The notes under the pieces were generated by a model. The model did no database searches. It was not told the DNA's origin and saw nothing but the letters and a program-made list of their open reading frames with translations. A stretch of DNA of 62,932 bases, counting the filler, from Octopus bimaculoides (Eukaryota): NCBI RefSeq assembly GCF_001194135.2. It is 6 parts of 5 records of this genome, joined end to end, with 100 filler letters (N's around TTAATTAATTAA, not from the genome) between each part and the next. Parts side by side here need not be neighbours in the genome. Positions count along the whole stretch, not along the records: positions 38,524 to 53,800 come from NC_068994.1; 5 more parts are not named here. One strand, 5' to 3'. The position numbers were made by a program, and so were the translations under genes. Shown here in pieces: positions 38,766 through 53,020 of the stretch. Position 1 is the stretch's first letter. Each line of letters starts with the position of its first letter.

Positions 38766-39094
38766 AACACGTGACCATTCATATATCTCGTACATCTCAT
38801 ATATTTCCTGTACATTCTCATTAGATAACACCGCATCTATAAAAGCAATCACACTAACAACATGTATATATGTTTAATGAATTGTATAAGTCAGCTATTT
38901 ATCATTTCTAATTAGTAATTTACACCAGAAACGTCAACAATAACACAAAATCTCAGATAAATGAATATTCCGTTGCCTTTAATTCAGTATTCCCTTCACT
39001 TTTACCACCTTCCTTTCTTTCTTTCATTCATTCTTTCTTTCTTTCTTTCTTTCCTTCTTCCTTTTTCTTTCCTTCTTCTTTCTTTCCTTCTTTT

Positions 39095-39138
<44 letters not shown>

Positions 39139-39322
39139 TTTTCTTTCCTTTTTTCCTCCTATCTTCCTTTCTGTCTTTCATTCTTTCTTTCTCACATTTT
39201 CCTCGTTTTTCAGTCCTATTTATTTCTACATTCGTAAGTTCATAATTGGTCTTTTCTTGGTTATATTTATCCGTCTACACGCTTGTATGTGCGCAACACG
39301 CACACGCATATATAAATATATT

Positions 39323-39399
<77 letters not shown>

Positions 39400-40077
39400 A
39401 TATATTGATTGATCGTGGGTAAGGCCAGAACAATGCGAAGTAAATGCAAGGCAAATCACAAGAAAACAAATATATGAATTAATGTAGACTTACCTTGTAT
39501 TCAATATTTCGTGGTTATTACCCCATTTTAAAGAAATTAACAAATGTTGTCGATGTGCGTGTGTGTGAGCACGTGGAGGAACATCACTTATGTGTAATAC
39601 CAGATAAGAAGCAAGAGGAAAAAATACAAGAGTATATGGTTGGATTTTGTTTTTGGGAGGCGGACTTTAGCTGGACCTCATTTCCAGACTTTACTACGTA
39701 CGATAGGTGGTGAGAGGAAACAGGTATCGATGTGTTGGAAGGTTCAGGATTTAAAAAGTAGAAAATGAGGCCACTCGTAAGTGGGGCGAGTGGTTCCATT
39801 TCCATTTTATCATATTCATGTCTTCATACACTATAACATTCATTTCTATTTTTTATATATGTTTTATGTCACACATATTTTGTTTTGTCACCTCTATGTT
39901 AGCCCGCATGGGTAATAAAAAAACAGTGCATGTGTGTGAGCGTGTGTGGAGTGGACATGCGCGAAAAGGTGTTGCTATAGGTGTTGTTATAGGTGTTCTA
40001 CAGAAAGGTGTTCTGACCTCGTCTACAGGATTCATATTTTTTCTGTCCAATCTGATTTTGAAGACTGTGGAATAAAT

Positions 40078-41101
40078 ATGGTAATCAAATGGGGCAATGT
40101 CCGGCGAATATGATGAGTGAGGCATCATTTCCCATTCAAACTGCACCAGCCTTTAGAATGTCATTCTCGTTGTATGTGGCCGAGCATTATCCTGATGAAA
40201 GAACACCTTTCGTCTTGTAACCAAAGATGGTCGATTTTCTTCTAGCGCCGACTTAAGCTGCTCGTGCTGCTCGCAGTAGATTTCCTTTGTTACCGTTTGG
40301 TTTGGGTTTAAAAGTTCAAAGTGGACTAAACCTTTAATATCCCACTAAACAGATAACACCTTACTTGGGGTAAAACCTTTTTAGCCTGGGTTGCTGGTCT
40401 TTCTCCTTTCTCTATCCACTGTCTTCGGCGTTTGACATTTTTATAGAGAACCAATTTCTCGTCACCGGTCACCATTCGGTCCAATTTGTGAGACCATTTG
40501 TGAGACGTGACATCAAAGAATTGCACACATTCACTTTCTGCGCGCGATTAGATTCGGAAAGTTTGGGAGGAACCTATTGATCCAATTTGCTGACTTTTCT
40601 GATGGCATGCAGGTATCGATGAATGTTTGAATGACCAAATCCAAGCTTCTCTGCTAGTTCCGCACCAGTTACAATGGGATTTTGTTTCACCAGGGTTTGC
40701 AGGACATCCTTGTCAAGCTCTACAGATCTTCCAGGACGTGGCTCGTCTTCTAGGCTGTAGTTTCCGACTCGTAATTTCTGGAACCGCCGTTGACACTGGC
40801 TTACGCTTATTGTCCGATCCCCATATACTGCATTAATATTCCTCGCACTTTCCGTTGCGTTGCCTTTATTGAACTCATAAAACAAAATATGCTGAATATG
40901 CTCCTTTGTCACTTCCATTATAACATTGAAAACATAATTATTAAAATCAAACTGCACTCTTTAAAACTTGCACTGAGAATAAGGAGAAGGTAAAATTACT
41001 ACCTGCTTTTATAGCAAGTTGATGCAGGTAGTTTATCCCGTCCCCCTCCGACTTTTAGTTCATGCAATTGAAAATACCGCAATATTTACGGGATGACCCA
41101 G
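40078..41101 (-). mobile_element. Mariner (DD34D) transposon, decayed, 3' end truncated; transposase starts at ATG 40918
   Basis: MEVTKEHIQHILFYEF...SLEDEPRPGRSVELD (HTH), VTGDEKLVLY.NVKRRRQW (first D), WEMMPHSSYSPDIAPFDYH (YSPDLAP motif). 5' TIR TA|CTGGGTCATCCCGTAAATATTGCGG. Confidence 0.92.
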
Positions 41102-41138
41102 TATATTTTATACGTGTAAATAATAATATATAATATTG

Positions 41139-41227
<89 letters not shown>

Positions 41228-41249
41228 GCCTGGCTGCTTGCCTGCCTGC

Positions 41250-41291
<42 letters not shown>

Positions 41292-41336
41292 ATCTGTCTG
41301 TCTTTCTGTCTGTCNNNNNNNNNNNNNNNNNNNNNN

Positions 41337-41392
<56 letters not shown>

Positions 41393-41694
41393 TATCTGTT
41401 AAACTACATCTCTATGGATATGACTACATGCATTACTATCTGTCCATTTCATTTAGTACCATTTGATACGACAGATTGACTCCAGTCTCCTTTAACCGAG
41501 GATCATTGTACAATGCACTCAACATCTGTGAATCGGTATGTCACCATGTCGACCAATGGGAGGGCCACAACTTTCGCGCTACTTCTTAGTTTGCTTGCAT
41601 CGGTGAGATGTTCTGTTCGTGTTGTGTCCAAGTGGTGTTGTACTCCATCACTGAAAATCTCTCACCGCTTTGTATCAGCGCTTTAAATACGTCG

Positions 41695-41852
41695 CAGGAG
41701 TGGCTGTGTGGTAAGTAGCTTGCTTACCAACCACATGGTTCCGGGTTCAGTCCCACTGCGTGGCATCTTGGGCAAGTGCCTTCTACTATAGACTCGGGCC
41801 GACCAAAGCCTTGTGAGTGTATATGGTAGACGGAAACTGAAAGAATCCCGTC
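41695..41852 (+). mobile_element. SINE family A head, running into a TA tract and a gap
   Basis: TGGCTGTGTGGTAAGTAGCTTGCTTACCAACCACATGGTTCCGGGTTCAGTCCC... Confidence 0.85.
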
Positions 41853-42829
41853 ATATATATATGTATATATATATATATATATATNNNNNNNNNNNNNNNN
41901 NNNNNNNNNNNNNNNNNNNNNNNNNNNNNNNNNNNNNNNNNNNNNNNNNNNNNNNNNNNNNNNNNNNNNNNNNNNNNNNNNNNNNNNNNNNNNNNNNNNN
42001 NNNNNNNNNNNNNNNNNNNNNNNNNNNNNNNNNNNNNNNNNNNNNNNNNNNNNNNNNNNNNNNNNNNNNNNNNNNNNNNNNNNNNNNNNNNNNNNNNNNN
42101 NNNNNNNNNNNNNNNNNNNNNNNNNNNNNNNNNNNNNNNNNNNNNNNNNNNNNNNNNNNNNNNNNNNNNNNNNNNNNNNNNNNNNNNNNNNNNNNNNNNN
42201 NNNNNNNNNNNNNNNNNNNNNNNNNNNNNNNNNNNNNNNNNNNNNNNNNNNNNNNNNNNNNNNNNNNNNNNNNNNNNNNNNNNNNNNNNNNNNNNNNNNN
42301 NNNNNNNNNNNNNNNNNNNNNNNNNNNNNNNNNNNNNNNNNNNNNNNNNNNNNNNNNNNNNNNNNNNNNNNNNNNNNNNNNNNNNNNNNNNNNNNNNNNN
42401 NNNNNNNNNNNNNNNNNNNNNNNNNNNNNNNNNNNNNNNNNNNNNNNNNNNNNNNNNNNNNNNNNNNNNNNNNNNNNNNNNNNNNNNNNNNNNNNNNNNN
42501 NNNNNNNNNNNNNNNNNNNNNNNNNNNNNNNNNNNNNNNNNNNNNNNNNNNNNNNNNNNNNNNNNNNNNNNNNNNNNNNNNNNNNNNNNNNNNNNNNNNN
42601 NNNNNNNNNNNNNNNNNNNNNNNNNNNNNNNNNNNNNNNNNNNNNNNNNNNNNNNNNNNNNNNNNNNNNNNNNNNNNNNNNNNNNNNNNNNNNNNNNNNN
42701 NNNNNNNNNNNNNNNNNNNNNNNNNNNNNNNNNNNNNNNNNNNNNNNNNNNNNNNNNNNNNNNNNNNNNNNNNNNNNNNNNNNNNNNNNNNNNNNNNNNN
42801 NNNNNNNNNNNNNNNNNNNNNNNNNNNNN

Positions 42830-42975
42830 TCTCCCTCTCTTTTCTCCTTCTCCCTCTCTTTTCCCCTTCTCCCTCTCTTTTCCACTTCTCCCTCACTTTT
42901 CCCCTTCTCCCTCTCTTTTCCACTTCTCCCTCACTTTTCCCCTTCTCCCTCTCTTTTCCCCTTCTCCCCCTCTCT
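42830..42975 (+). repeat. 19-nt polypyrimidine minisatellite (TCCCTCTCTTTTCC(C/A)CTTC), about 7 units, adjacent to a gap
   Basis: Tandem units read directly. Confidence 0.8.
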
Positions 42976-43239
42976 CTCCTACTCTATCTGTATATATTTT
43001 TTGCACGGGTGTGCGTGTGTGCGTGTGTGCGGCTGTGTGTGTATGTGTGTGTTTGTCTCCAGTGCCAAACGTTCAGCCATCCATGGCAAACCATCAGCGA
43101 CCAAGCAACTGCGCCTCATCGTCCCCTTCGGGGTTTTCACCAATCACGAGTTTACACTTATGGCTAACCGTTGCTTTACAACGTCCCAGCACAATTAATC
43201 TGTCTCTGGTAATCTTAACTCATGAAATCAATCTCACAT

Positions 43240-43600
43240 CAGCTCTTGTAAGGATTTCCTAAGTAATAAGTTCAGAACAATGATGTTTCATGATGTTTTA
43301 TCAGTGTTGTGCTCTTATAAGCCAATTTTTTTTATTGTTAATTTCCTTTCTTTCCAAGGGAGCGATATATCTTGCTAGGAATTTTTTTTTTTATCAGCGA
43401 TGATGTTTGCAAACTCATCCACGAATTCCTCACCTGCTTTATAAGTAGCAGGTGCATTAACACTACGAAGTTTTAAATATTTAATGGCATGTCTTTTCTT
43501 AAATTCTTGTAAACTAGTCTTGTGAATATTTACCGTTATCTTCACAATTCACTTCGCTATGATAGAGCTTCTTTTTTTAATTATTTCATTATCATCAATC
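43240..43600 (-). mobile_element. pogo/Jerky-like (CENP-B-type) transposase fragment
   Basis: Minus strand KYSQD*LQEFKKRHAIKYLKL...AGEEFVDEFANIIADK resembles the S.GWL.KFKKRHGI...EFA.II motif of Tigger/Jerky proteins. Confidence 0.65.
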
Positions 43601-44224
43601 AATTAAGGTAGTATTTCGCATGGAGAAGGGCGGAGAGCAGACCTCACGTGGAAAGTTGGGGTGTGTGGGGATTGTCATGTTTGCTTAATATAATTAAAAT
43701 TGGGCGGACAAATTGGACAAATTGGCGATGCTTAATGAAATTAAACAAGCAGACAATTTGCCAATGCTTGGTAAAATTTAGATGGCTATAAACTTTTTCA
43801 ACTTGTTCAAGATTATAGCGAAGAAATAAAAATTACATGGATGCAGAATCTTTTATATTCTAATTAATAAAGAGAGGTGAGAGGAAGGGCAACACATTTT
43901 ACAAATAGTTTTTAGAGTGGAATTGGTATTCGTCATTTTAAGAACCACTGCACTCAACTGCATGTGCTCACTCCAGTGATAACATATCTACACCATCATT
44001 TCCCCCCTTTCTTTTACTCATTCCATCATCATCATTTTCAGCAATAACGTCAATATTTGGTTAGTGTCCGTCCCTATAACTTAACGGTTCGGTCTAAGAG
44101 ACCGACAGAATAAGAATCAGACTTAATGATAAGCGCTGGAGTCGATTTTTTTCAGGTTGTGGTCTAGGATGCCCACAGTCAAATAACTGAAACAAGTAAA
44201 AGATAAACGATAAAAGAGTTTGTC

Positions 44225-44575
44225 TTTGTATTCCTGAAAGTCGTATAAAAGGATTTTTCCAAGGCCCGCAGCCTCCCACCTCGCAGCTACCTATCGCACA
44301 CGCTGGTATGGACATGTACTCCGTCTCCTGCTTGATCATCCTACCAGTGCTTTACCCTCATTCGATGCAGCAGCTGTGAGCTGGAAGAAGCCTCGTGACA
44401 GGCCCCCACCTTGGAAGGCTAGACGTGATTGGAGATCTTCAGAGGCTAAAAGTCACCTCGGAGAAAACAGAGGGGTTGGCACAGAACTGCCAACAATGGA
44501 GAGCACTGGTGGACTTGATCGGCTCTACGTTTGATAATGTCTCTGGGACCACTAACCTCAGATGATCCCAGCTTC
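44225..44575 (+). mobile_element. RTE-clade LINE 3' coding fragment
   Basis: RWYGHVLRL..DHPT...WKKPRDRP / LDVIGDLQRL...LAQNCQQWRALV, with one frameshift. Confidence 0.8.
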
Positions 44576-44959
44576 ATCAAACAAGAGCATGAAGCGAAGT
44601 AAGAAGCAAAGACCAAACTTCTCAATACGACGCCCCGCACATGCACGGCTGTCAAGTATTTTTTTCGAGCAACTCGACTTTCTGTGGAACCGACAAACAT
44701 AAATGTTACTTCGTTTTTCTTTTCGCTGGTATATCTGCAAACATCTTCATCACATTAGATCATAAAGTATGCCTTTAATTATGCACACACCAACATGCTA
44801 TAACGGCTGTTGGCAAAATGACGTTACTTTGGACCAGCCCAATCCAGTGCAACTGTCGCCGTTCCATCCTAACAGCAGTCGGTTCCACACGTGGCTCACA
44901 AAAGCTTTAAGTTGCCGGACAACCTTCCGAGTACTTTATTTTCCATCTCTTATATGTTT

Positions 44960-45180
44960 CAGTCATTCCTCTGTGACCATGCTGGGGCATTAAATTGACG
45001 GATTTTAGTCGAACATATCAACCCCAGTACTTATTTTTTAAAGTCTGATATTTATTACATCAGTCTCTTTTACTGAGCCGGGGCTAAAGTAGAAGATACT
45101 TGCCTATGTTGCCACACGTAGTGGTATTGAACCTGAAACCACGTAGTTGCAAAGCGTGCTTCGTACCTGCACAGGCTTCT
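44960..45180 (-). mobile_element. SINE family A copy with internal deletion
   Basis: Reverse-complement tail (TTTCAGTCATT..GACCATGCTGGGGCA) is joined directly to the reverse-complement head. Confidence 0.65.
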
Positions 45181-45380
45181 CAGTATCCATATTTCTATAC
45201 CTATTTTAGATGAGATTATATATACGTTCTACTATGTGTATTGTAGTTTGAAACAAAGACATATTGAGGCGTACAGTAATATTTTCATATGCGCCCACGT
45301 GTACACATTTAGAAATTTATATATCTTTATCCAAAAAATGTGTTAAATTCTTAGTTCACCCACTTTATAATATTTCACGT

Positions 45381-45855
45381 ACGGCTGTGTGGTAAGAAGC
45401 TTGCTTCCCAACCATTAATTTTCGGGTTCAGTCCCACTGCGTGGTAACTTGGGCAACTTAGTCTACTACTATAGCCTTGCGCCGACCGAGGCCTTGTGAA
45501 TGGATTTGATATACGGAAACTGAAAGAAGCTCGTCATATGAGTGTGTATGTGTGTGTGTGTGTGTATGTATGTGTGTAAGTGAGTGCGTATTTTATAAAG
45601 CCAAAACGATGCAAGTGAGGATGTGTCTGTGTGTGTCTTTGCATCTGTGTTTGTACCCCACCACCGCTTAACAATCGGTGTTGATGTGTTTGTGTCTCTG
45701 TAACTTAGCGGTTCAACAAAAAGGAGATCGATAGAATATGTACTAGGCTTAAAAAGAAAATAATTACTGGGGTCGATTAGTTCGACTAAAAATTCCTCAC
45801 AGTGGTGCCCCAGCATGGCCACAGTCTAATGAGTGACACAAATAAAAAATAAAAG
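45381..45855 (+). mobile_element. SINE family A, full length
   Basis: Head, internal TG tracts and tail. Confidence 0.85.
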
Positions 45856-46465
45856 ATATATGTATGTATGTTTGTATGTATGCATGTATGTGTGTGATGT
45901 GTGTGTGGGTGAGTGAGTGAGTGAGTGTGTGCGTATTTTATAAAGCCAAAACAATACACCTGGTGTTTCAATATTTCTGGGTTAGCACGCTTTCTTCAGG
46001 AAATTTTCAGAGAAAAGATGTTCATAGCTAATTTCTCTGCTCTGTAGTGTGTGTGTGTATACACTCATATATACACATTACCATTCGTGTATATATACAT
46101 AAACGTGTGTACATATATATATGTGTGTGTGCGTGTGTGTGCGTGTGTGTGTGTGTCTGTGTGTGGAAATATATGTATACAAATACATGAAGTATATAAA
46201 CATATATACATATATATATATATTTATAACATACGTTTATGTCTATGTAAATGTATACTTATGCTAACCTTCAAAAGTGTTCAATATATATATCTCTGAT
46301 TGTTTGTCTTAAGTTTGTCAACAGCTTTAATGAATGATCTCAGATAGATTCCAATTAACTTATACAGGATTAACAATTAGTCTCCAGAGAAATGACTCCA
46401 TACCTCACGCAAAAAATTATGGAAGAAATGGATGAATTAAAAAAAAGCTAAAACAGGAATCAAAA

Positions 46466-46507
<42 letters not shown>

Positions 46508-46943
46508 NNNNNNNNNNNNNNNNNNNNNNNNNNNNNNNNNNNNNNNNNNNNNNNNNNNNNNNNNNNNNNNNNNNNNNNNNNNNNNNNNNNNNNNNNNNNN
46601 NNNNNNNNNNNNNNNNNNNNNNNNNNNNNNNNNNNNNNNNNNNNNNNNNNNNNNNNNNNNNNNNNNNNNNNNNNNNNNNNNNNNNNNNNNNNNNNNNNNN
46701 NNNNNNNNNNNNNNNNNNNNNNNNNNNNNNNNNNNNNNNNNNNNNNNNNNNNNNNNNNNNNNNNNNNNNNNNNNNNNNNNNNNNNNNNNNNNNNNNNNNN
46801 NNNNNNNNNNNNNNNNNNNNNNNNNNNNNNNNNNNNNNNNNNNNNNNNNNNNNNNNNNNNNNNNNNNNNNNNNNNNNNNNNNNNNNNNNNNNNNNNNNNN
46901 NNNNNNNNNNNNNNNNNNNNAGACAAATTATTGTTCTTATTTT

Positions 46944-47032
<89 letters not shown>

Positions 47033-47276
47033 TTACAGTGTTGTTAATATGCGTTTTATTTGTAATCCAATATGAATAATGGAAGTTTCCAGACTAAAGC
47101 TCCAAGTATACAAACGAATTGTATATGTATTAACATACGTACATGCACATATGCATACATACCTACATGCATTCATGCATACATGCATACATACATACGT
47201 ACGTACATACATACATACGTACATACATATATACATATGTACATACATGCATACATATACACTCCTACACATAGAA

Positions 47277-47322
<46 letters not shown>

Positions 47323-47443
47323 NNNNNNNNNNCAACCAAAGAGAAAATATTGAGATTACTTAAAAAGAAAATATATAAATAATGAATTAGTAGAAAAAGT
47401 TAAAAAACAAAAGTAATGCCGTATACGTATTAATTGAAAATTC

Positions 47444-47490
<47 letters not shown>

Positions 47491-47859
47491 TGTGTGTGTG
47501 AGAGGGGTAATCATAGCATTAAATAAATGCATGGTCTTAAGAATATGATGGTAAACTTTAAACTAGTGATTGAAGAAAATAAGGTCAGATCAGGTAGGGA
47601 GGTAAAAATATACAATGATTAAAAAACAAGATCCTCGATTCATTGGGAAAAAATATATACAAGGTGAAGAATAGTTTGATAAAATAAATTCCCCGTTGGA
47701 AATTAGATGAATTAATCATTTTTTGGGGGGAGGTGTGTGACGGTAGGGGATGGTGAGGTGAATGGTGGTAAAATAACGAAGAATGAAACAGAAGTTAGAA
47801 GAAGTTTTCACGAATAATAATGGTATAATAATTGCTATAAAAAGAGACTTAAAATGGTG

Positions 47860-47968
<109 letters not shown>

Positions 47969-48000
47969 TAATTACAGTAACGATGATGATTTATTTCACA

Positions 48001-48688
48001 AGTCTTTAATAATGTCAGCTGGAAGAAATTATGGCCAGAAGCGGTTCACGACTATAAAGGATTCTCTCCTGACGAAATCCACCACTCTGTAGTAGATAAG
48101 GCAGTGAAGCTGGCAAGATTGCTAGGAGATGGCTTCACCAGTATGACTACCGAAGACATTAATAACTTGATCGAGGCCCACTCAGATCCGTTAACGGATG
48201 AAGATCTGACAGAGGTGACGAAGTCGGCAAGTGAAAAAGTTGAAAAACAAGAGTATCCAGGGTAAGATGAAGTAGGCCTATCACTAGAACGTCTCCCAGC
48301 TCTAGCAAAAACGGCAAAAGAACTTCAGAGAATGGCGGGAGACAGGGGCCCCCCCAGATGATTCGTGCGTTTCAGTTGAAAAATGTAATCGACGGAGCCT
48401 TGGATGTTTATAACAACCTCCTTACACAGAAGAAAAGGCCATGCTAGCAATTGCCCATCGCTATGTTCCTCACGCGCAAAAAAAAAAAAGAAAAAAAAGG
48501 AAGACACGGGTACCCGTAAGAGTGTGAGGAGAGTATATAAAAGCTTAAATATAAAAGAAATAATTAAATGAATACATACAACTTATAAAAATGATAAAAA
48601 ATATATACAGTACAATATTGTTTCTACTTCGCGGATTTTCACCTATCGCGGGTGGAACGTAGCACTCGCGATAGTCGAAGGATTACTG
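48001..48688 (+). mobile_element. pogo/Tigger (TIGD1-like) transposase C-terminal fragment and right TIR
   Basis: SWKKLWPEAVHDYKGFSPDEIHHSVVDKAVKLARLLG...LIEAHSDPLTDEDL...PQMIRAFQLKNVIDGALDVYNNLL; TIR CGCGATAGTCGAAGGATTACTG. Confidence 0.88.
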
Positions 48689-49429
48689 CATATAATATAA
48701 AATTATAAAGTATAATGTAACATAACGTGTGTGTGTATGTGTGTGTGTATGTGTGAAGTGAAATAGGTAGGGTACAACGCACACAAACAAAAGAAAAGAT
48801 TAAGAAGGAATGCTTTAGATGATTTAAGTATGTATTTAAAACAGAGCTCAATGCAATAGTGTATAAGTTAATATGGATGCTAAACGGACTAAGCCTAAAC
48901 CGATACGACAGAAAGGAAAATAGAAATAATGACAAGAAAAAAATAAATAATGGCTGAATTTAGAATACACCAACGAAAACTGACAAATATATTTAACATG
49001 AATATAGAGAGTTAGGGGCGTTATGCAACTACAAAACTATCATGGAAATATTCTTTGAAGGATTACAAGAAAATCAAGTAATGTATAACTAAAAACCAAT
49101 ACAAATAGCAAAAAAGCAAAATGGCTATGTCATTAAGAGGCTCACTGTAAAACACCGTGTTTCCAGGTTCAATTTCTGCGCCGGGGACACCCTAAGGCAA
49201 GTATCTATTTCTTTCCATAGCCTTAGGGCCGGCAAATACCTTGTGCGTAAATTTTGTAAATATATGTGTTTGTTTATAACTTGCTATAATTCATTTTCTC
49301 TATTTTTGCATCACATTATTACACAATGTATTTGTAACTGCACCTATTAACCCACTTCTCTCTCTCTCTCTCTCTGTTTCTTGATACGCGTACATACATA
49401 TATATATATACATATATTACAGACCAAGA

Positions 49430-49585
49430 TAGTAATATTTCGAACGCGGTATACCCGTGAAAACGGCAGAAAGGTTGGGTATTCTACCCTTATAAGGTGG
49501 GAAAGTTATCAGCAGACGGCTACGGGACTCGAACTCGTACCTTTCAGATACCGCTTGAGTACTCTGCTATTATTAAGCTAAGAGA
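49430..49585 (-). mobile_element. tRNA-derived SINE head (distinct family)
   Basis: Minus strand TAGCTTAATAATAGCAG (A-box-like) and GTTCGAGTCC (B-box); no complete cloverleaf. Confidence 0.5.
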
Positions 49586-49765
49586 TCCTCTGACAACAAT
49601 TACCGTCAATTTTAACGCTAAATAATAATAATATAAGCCTTTAGAAAGTGACAACATTTTATAAACAAACTTTGGAAGCGTCGAATGTGTTTGGTATTTC
49701 ACAGACAAGAAATTAAATTTCGAATGCAGTAGAACCGTGAAAACAGCAGAAAGTTTGTGCGTGCA

Positions 49766-49832
<67 letters not shown>

Positions 49833-50274
49833 TTATACATATAGACATATGCATATATGTATACCTTTGTCTGGCATATATGCATAAGTGTATTTGCTTG
49901 TGCATGTGCGTGTACGAGTATATCTATCTGTTCTTTAGCTTCATTAATATTTCTCCCAAACTGCCAGTTTGGAAGAGATAATGAAATGAAAGCCCGTACA
50001 CTCACTGATTGTGATGCTAACCCCATCTTGCGTGTTTTCCACCGAAACTCTCTCTTATGGTGGCGATGGTACTGCTTGTTATAGCCAGCATGCATGGAAG
50101 CACCCTCTCGCATCTGTCATAATTATCACACTTCTCTATGCACAACGTGATCTGACTACCATATTGCACTCATCATGCAACATGGTAATGTAACGTGTCC
50201 AGACTGCGTCATTTTAGCCTATATATTAAACCAGTGCTTATCCTGTAACATTGTAGTTTATTTATTGGTTTCAT

Positions 50275-50465
50275 GTTTTGGCACAGGGCCAGCAAGTTCA
50301 GGGCAGGGATAAGTCGATTATAGTGACCTCAGTGCTTAACTGGTACTTATTTTGTTTACCCCCAATGATTGAAAAGCAAGGCTGTTTTGACAGAATTTGG
50401 ACTCAGAGAGTGAAGATGAAGGAATTCTGCCCGGCGTGCTAACGATTCTGCCAGCACGCCGCCTT
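50275..50465 (-). mobile_element. SINE family B copy
   Basis: CCCGGCGTGCTAACGATTCTGCCAGC head (reverse complement) and central domain. Confidence 0.75.
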
Positions 50466-51314
50466 ATTTACAATCTACATATTTAATAGCCACATATCCT
50501 GCGACGTTGACCCATGTATATCAAAGCACTGGGATGAAATTAGACTTTAGCAACATCGCCACACAAATGTAACACTTTGCTTTGTACATGGCCTTTTGTT
50601 ATACTTTGTCCCATAAAAAAACACATGCATACACTCACATTTATACACACTTACATATATATACACACACTCATACATATATACTCATTCACATACCTAT
50701 AATGCCACATTATTTCTTAGAAAATATGTTCAGAATATGTTCAGAATATGTTCAGAAGACCTTCGAAAAAAATATAATTGTACAAACCTGAAACAGAACA
50801 ACAACAACAAAAAAAAAAGAAATCTTTAAAAATTCTACAATACAAAACTAACAGCATCAAAACGCCTTCATAGAGGTAACAAATTTTATCATCCCTCGCG
50901 ACATTCACTTTACAAAGATCCAAGAAAGAAGACACCTGCCCAAGAAGACACCTGCCCAAGGTAGGACTGAGCTCATGACCCCGTGGTTCCAAAGCGACGT
51001 TGTTAACCACACAGCCATGTCTTCGCCTATATGCAAATTATAGGACTGTTTAATTAGGACTTGGGTCAATGTAACAGAAACGAGCACCGAACAAATAACG
51101 AGGGTTCTACGTGGTAATCAAATTGCTAGGAAGGGCAGCTCAAATCTCCTCCGCGTCGCACTTGACTGTCTTAAATGAAGGTTAAACAAGAATAACAACA
51201 ATTATAACAGTCCATTCGGCCTGCTAAAAATAACAGCTTAATCCCTTTTAAATTACATCCCATGGATGTGTGCAATGATCGAGAAATAACAATATACACA
51301 ACTTTTGTAGGAAA

Positions 51315-52500
51315 TGGCTGTGTGGTAAGAAGCTTGCTTACCAACCACATAGTTCCGGGTTCAGTCACACTGCGTGGAACCTTAAGTAAGTGTCTTCTAC
51401 TTTAGCCTCGGGCCGACCAAAGCCTTGTNNNNNNNNNNGGTGTGTTTACGTCCTCGTAACTTAGCAGCTCGGCAAGAGAGATCGATACAATAAGTACTAG
51501 GCTTACAAAAGTATAAGTCCTGGGGTCGATGTGTTCGACTAAAGACGGTGCTGCAGCATGGCCGCAGTCAAATGACTAAAACATATCAAAGAATAGCTTT
51601 GGTTTCAGTCAGGTGATTTGGGTTCAGTTCCATTATGCGTCACAGCTCTTTCCATAGTCATAAATCATTCCGTAGACGGAAACTGTATGGAAGCCTGTTG
51701 TGGTAAAAAGCTTGGTTCTCAACCACATAGTTCTGGGTTCAGTCACACTGTGTGGCACCCTAGGCAAGTGTCTTCTACCATAGTCACGAGTCAACCAAAG
51801 CTTTGAGCGTGGATTTGGTAGACGGAAACAGAACGAAGCCCGTCGTATATAAATATATGTGTGTGTGTGTGAGTGTGTGTGTGAGTGTGTGTGTATGCGC
51901 GTGCGCGTGTGTGCGTCCCACCACCACTTGACAGCTGTGCTGGTGTGTTTACGTCCCCGAAGCCTAGCGGTTCGGCAAAAGTGATTGAGTACCAGCCTTA
52001 AAAAAAAGAAGTACAGGGATTGAATCATGACCGCAGTCTAATGACTGAAACAAGTAAAAGATAAAAAGAAAAAAATGAAGTATACGTGTGTATCTGCTTC
52101 TGTTTTTTGCGTCGGCTCTGTTCTCACACCGCGAGTTTACATTCTCGTTACTTAGCAGTTCGGCAAAAGGTCCCAATTTAATAAGTCAAAGATCTTTTAA
52201 AAATTGAATAAATACTGAGGATTGATTTGTTCGACTAAACCCTTCGATGAGGTGCTCAAGCGTGGCCACAGTGCTTTGACTGAAACAAGGAAAAGATAAA
52301 CGAAAGAAGGTGGTGGAGTTGATTTGACTGCGGCCATGCTGAAGCACCGTCTTTAGTCGAACACATTGACCCCAGGACTTATACTTTTGTAAGCCTAGTA
52401 CTTATTGTATCGATCTCTTTTGCCGAGCTGCTAAGTTACGAGGACGTAAACACACCAACATCGGTTTCAAGCGATGGTGGGGGCACAAACACAGAGCTAA
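51315..52500. mobile_element. Cluster of SINE family A copies (plus: 51315-51595, 51695-52075, 52120-52295; minus: 52322-52500)
   Basis: Repeated head and tail motifs of family A. Confidence 0.8.
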
Positions 52501-53020
52501 CCTAGGACAAGTATTCAGCAAACCAGTGACCAACCAACAAACCAGCCAACAAACCAGCCAACAAACCAACCGCCTGCGAATCAGCCAACAACCGAGCATT
52601 TACCTAAACCTCTGAACGAAGCGTTCGTCTAACACACAGCTCGTGTGGCTGTGTGTTTGATCAAAGTTATGGCTACTGTTTGGTGTTTTAACAATAGATA
52701 TAATAGGAAACAGGAAACCCAACCTTATTGACCGTAGTAACCAACATCCGCAGCAGCAGACCACAAGCACACACTTACCGACATACATCACGCAGACACA
52801 CAGACACACATAAACTTAGTACAATATAAATGTGTGTGTGCATATATATATAAATGTGTGTGCATATATATATANNNNNNNNNNNNNNNNNNNNNNNNNN
52901 NNNNNNNNNNNNNNNNNNNNNNNNNNNNNNNNNNNNNNNNNNNNNNNNNNNNNNNNNNNNNNNNNNNNNNNNNNNNNNNNNNNNNNNNNNNNNNNNNNNN
53001 NNNNNNNNNNNNNNNNNNNN

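Noticed and set aside
39494-39560. Consensus minus-strand donor CAAG|GTAAGT
   Set aside because: No matching acceptor or open frame upstream; an isolated signal.
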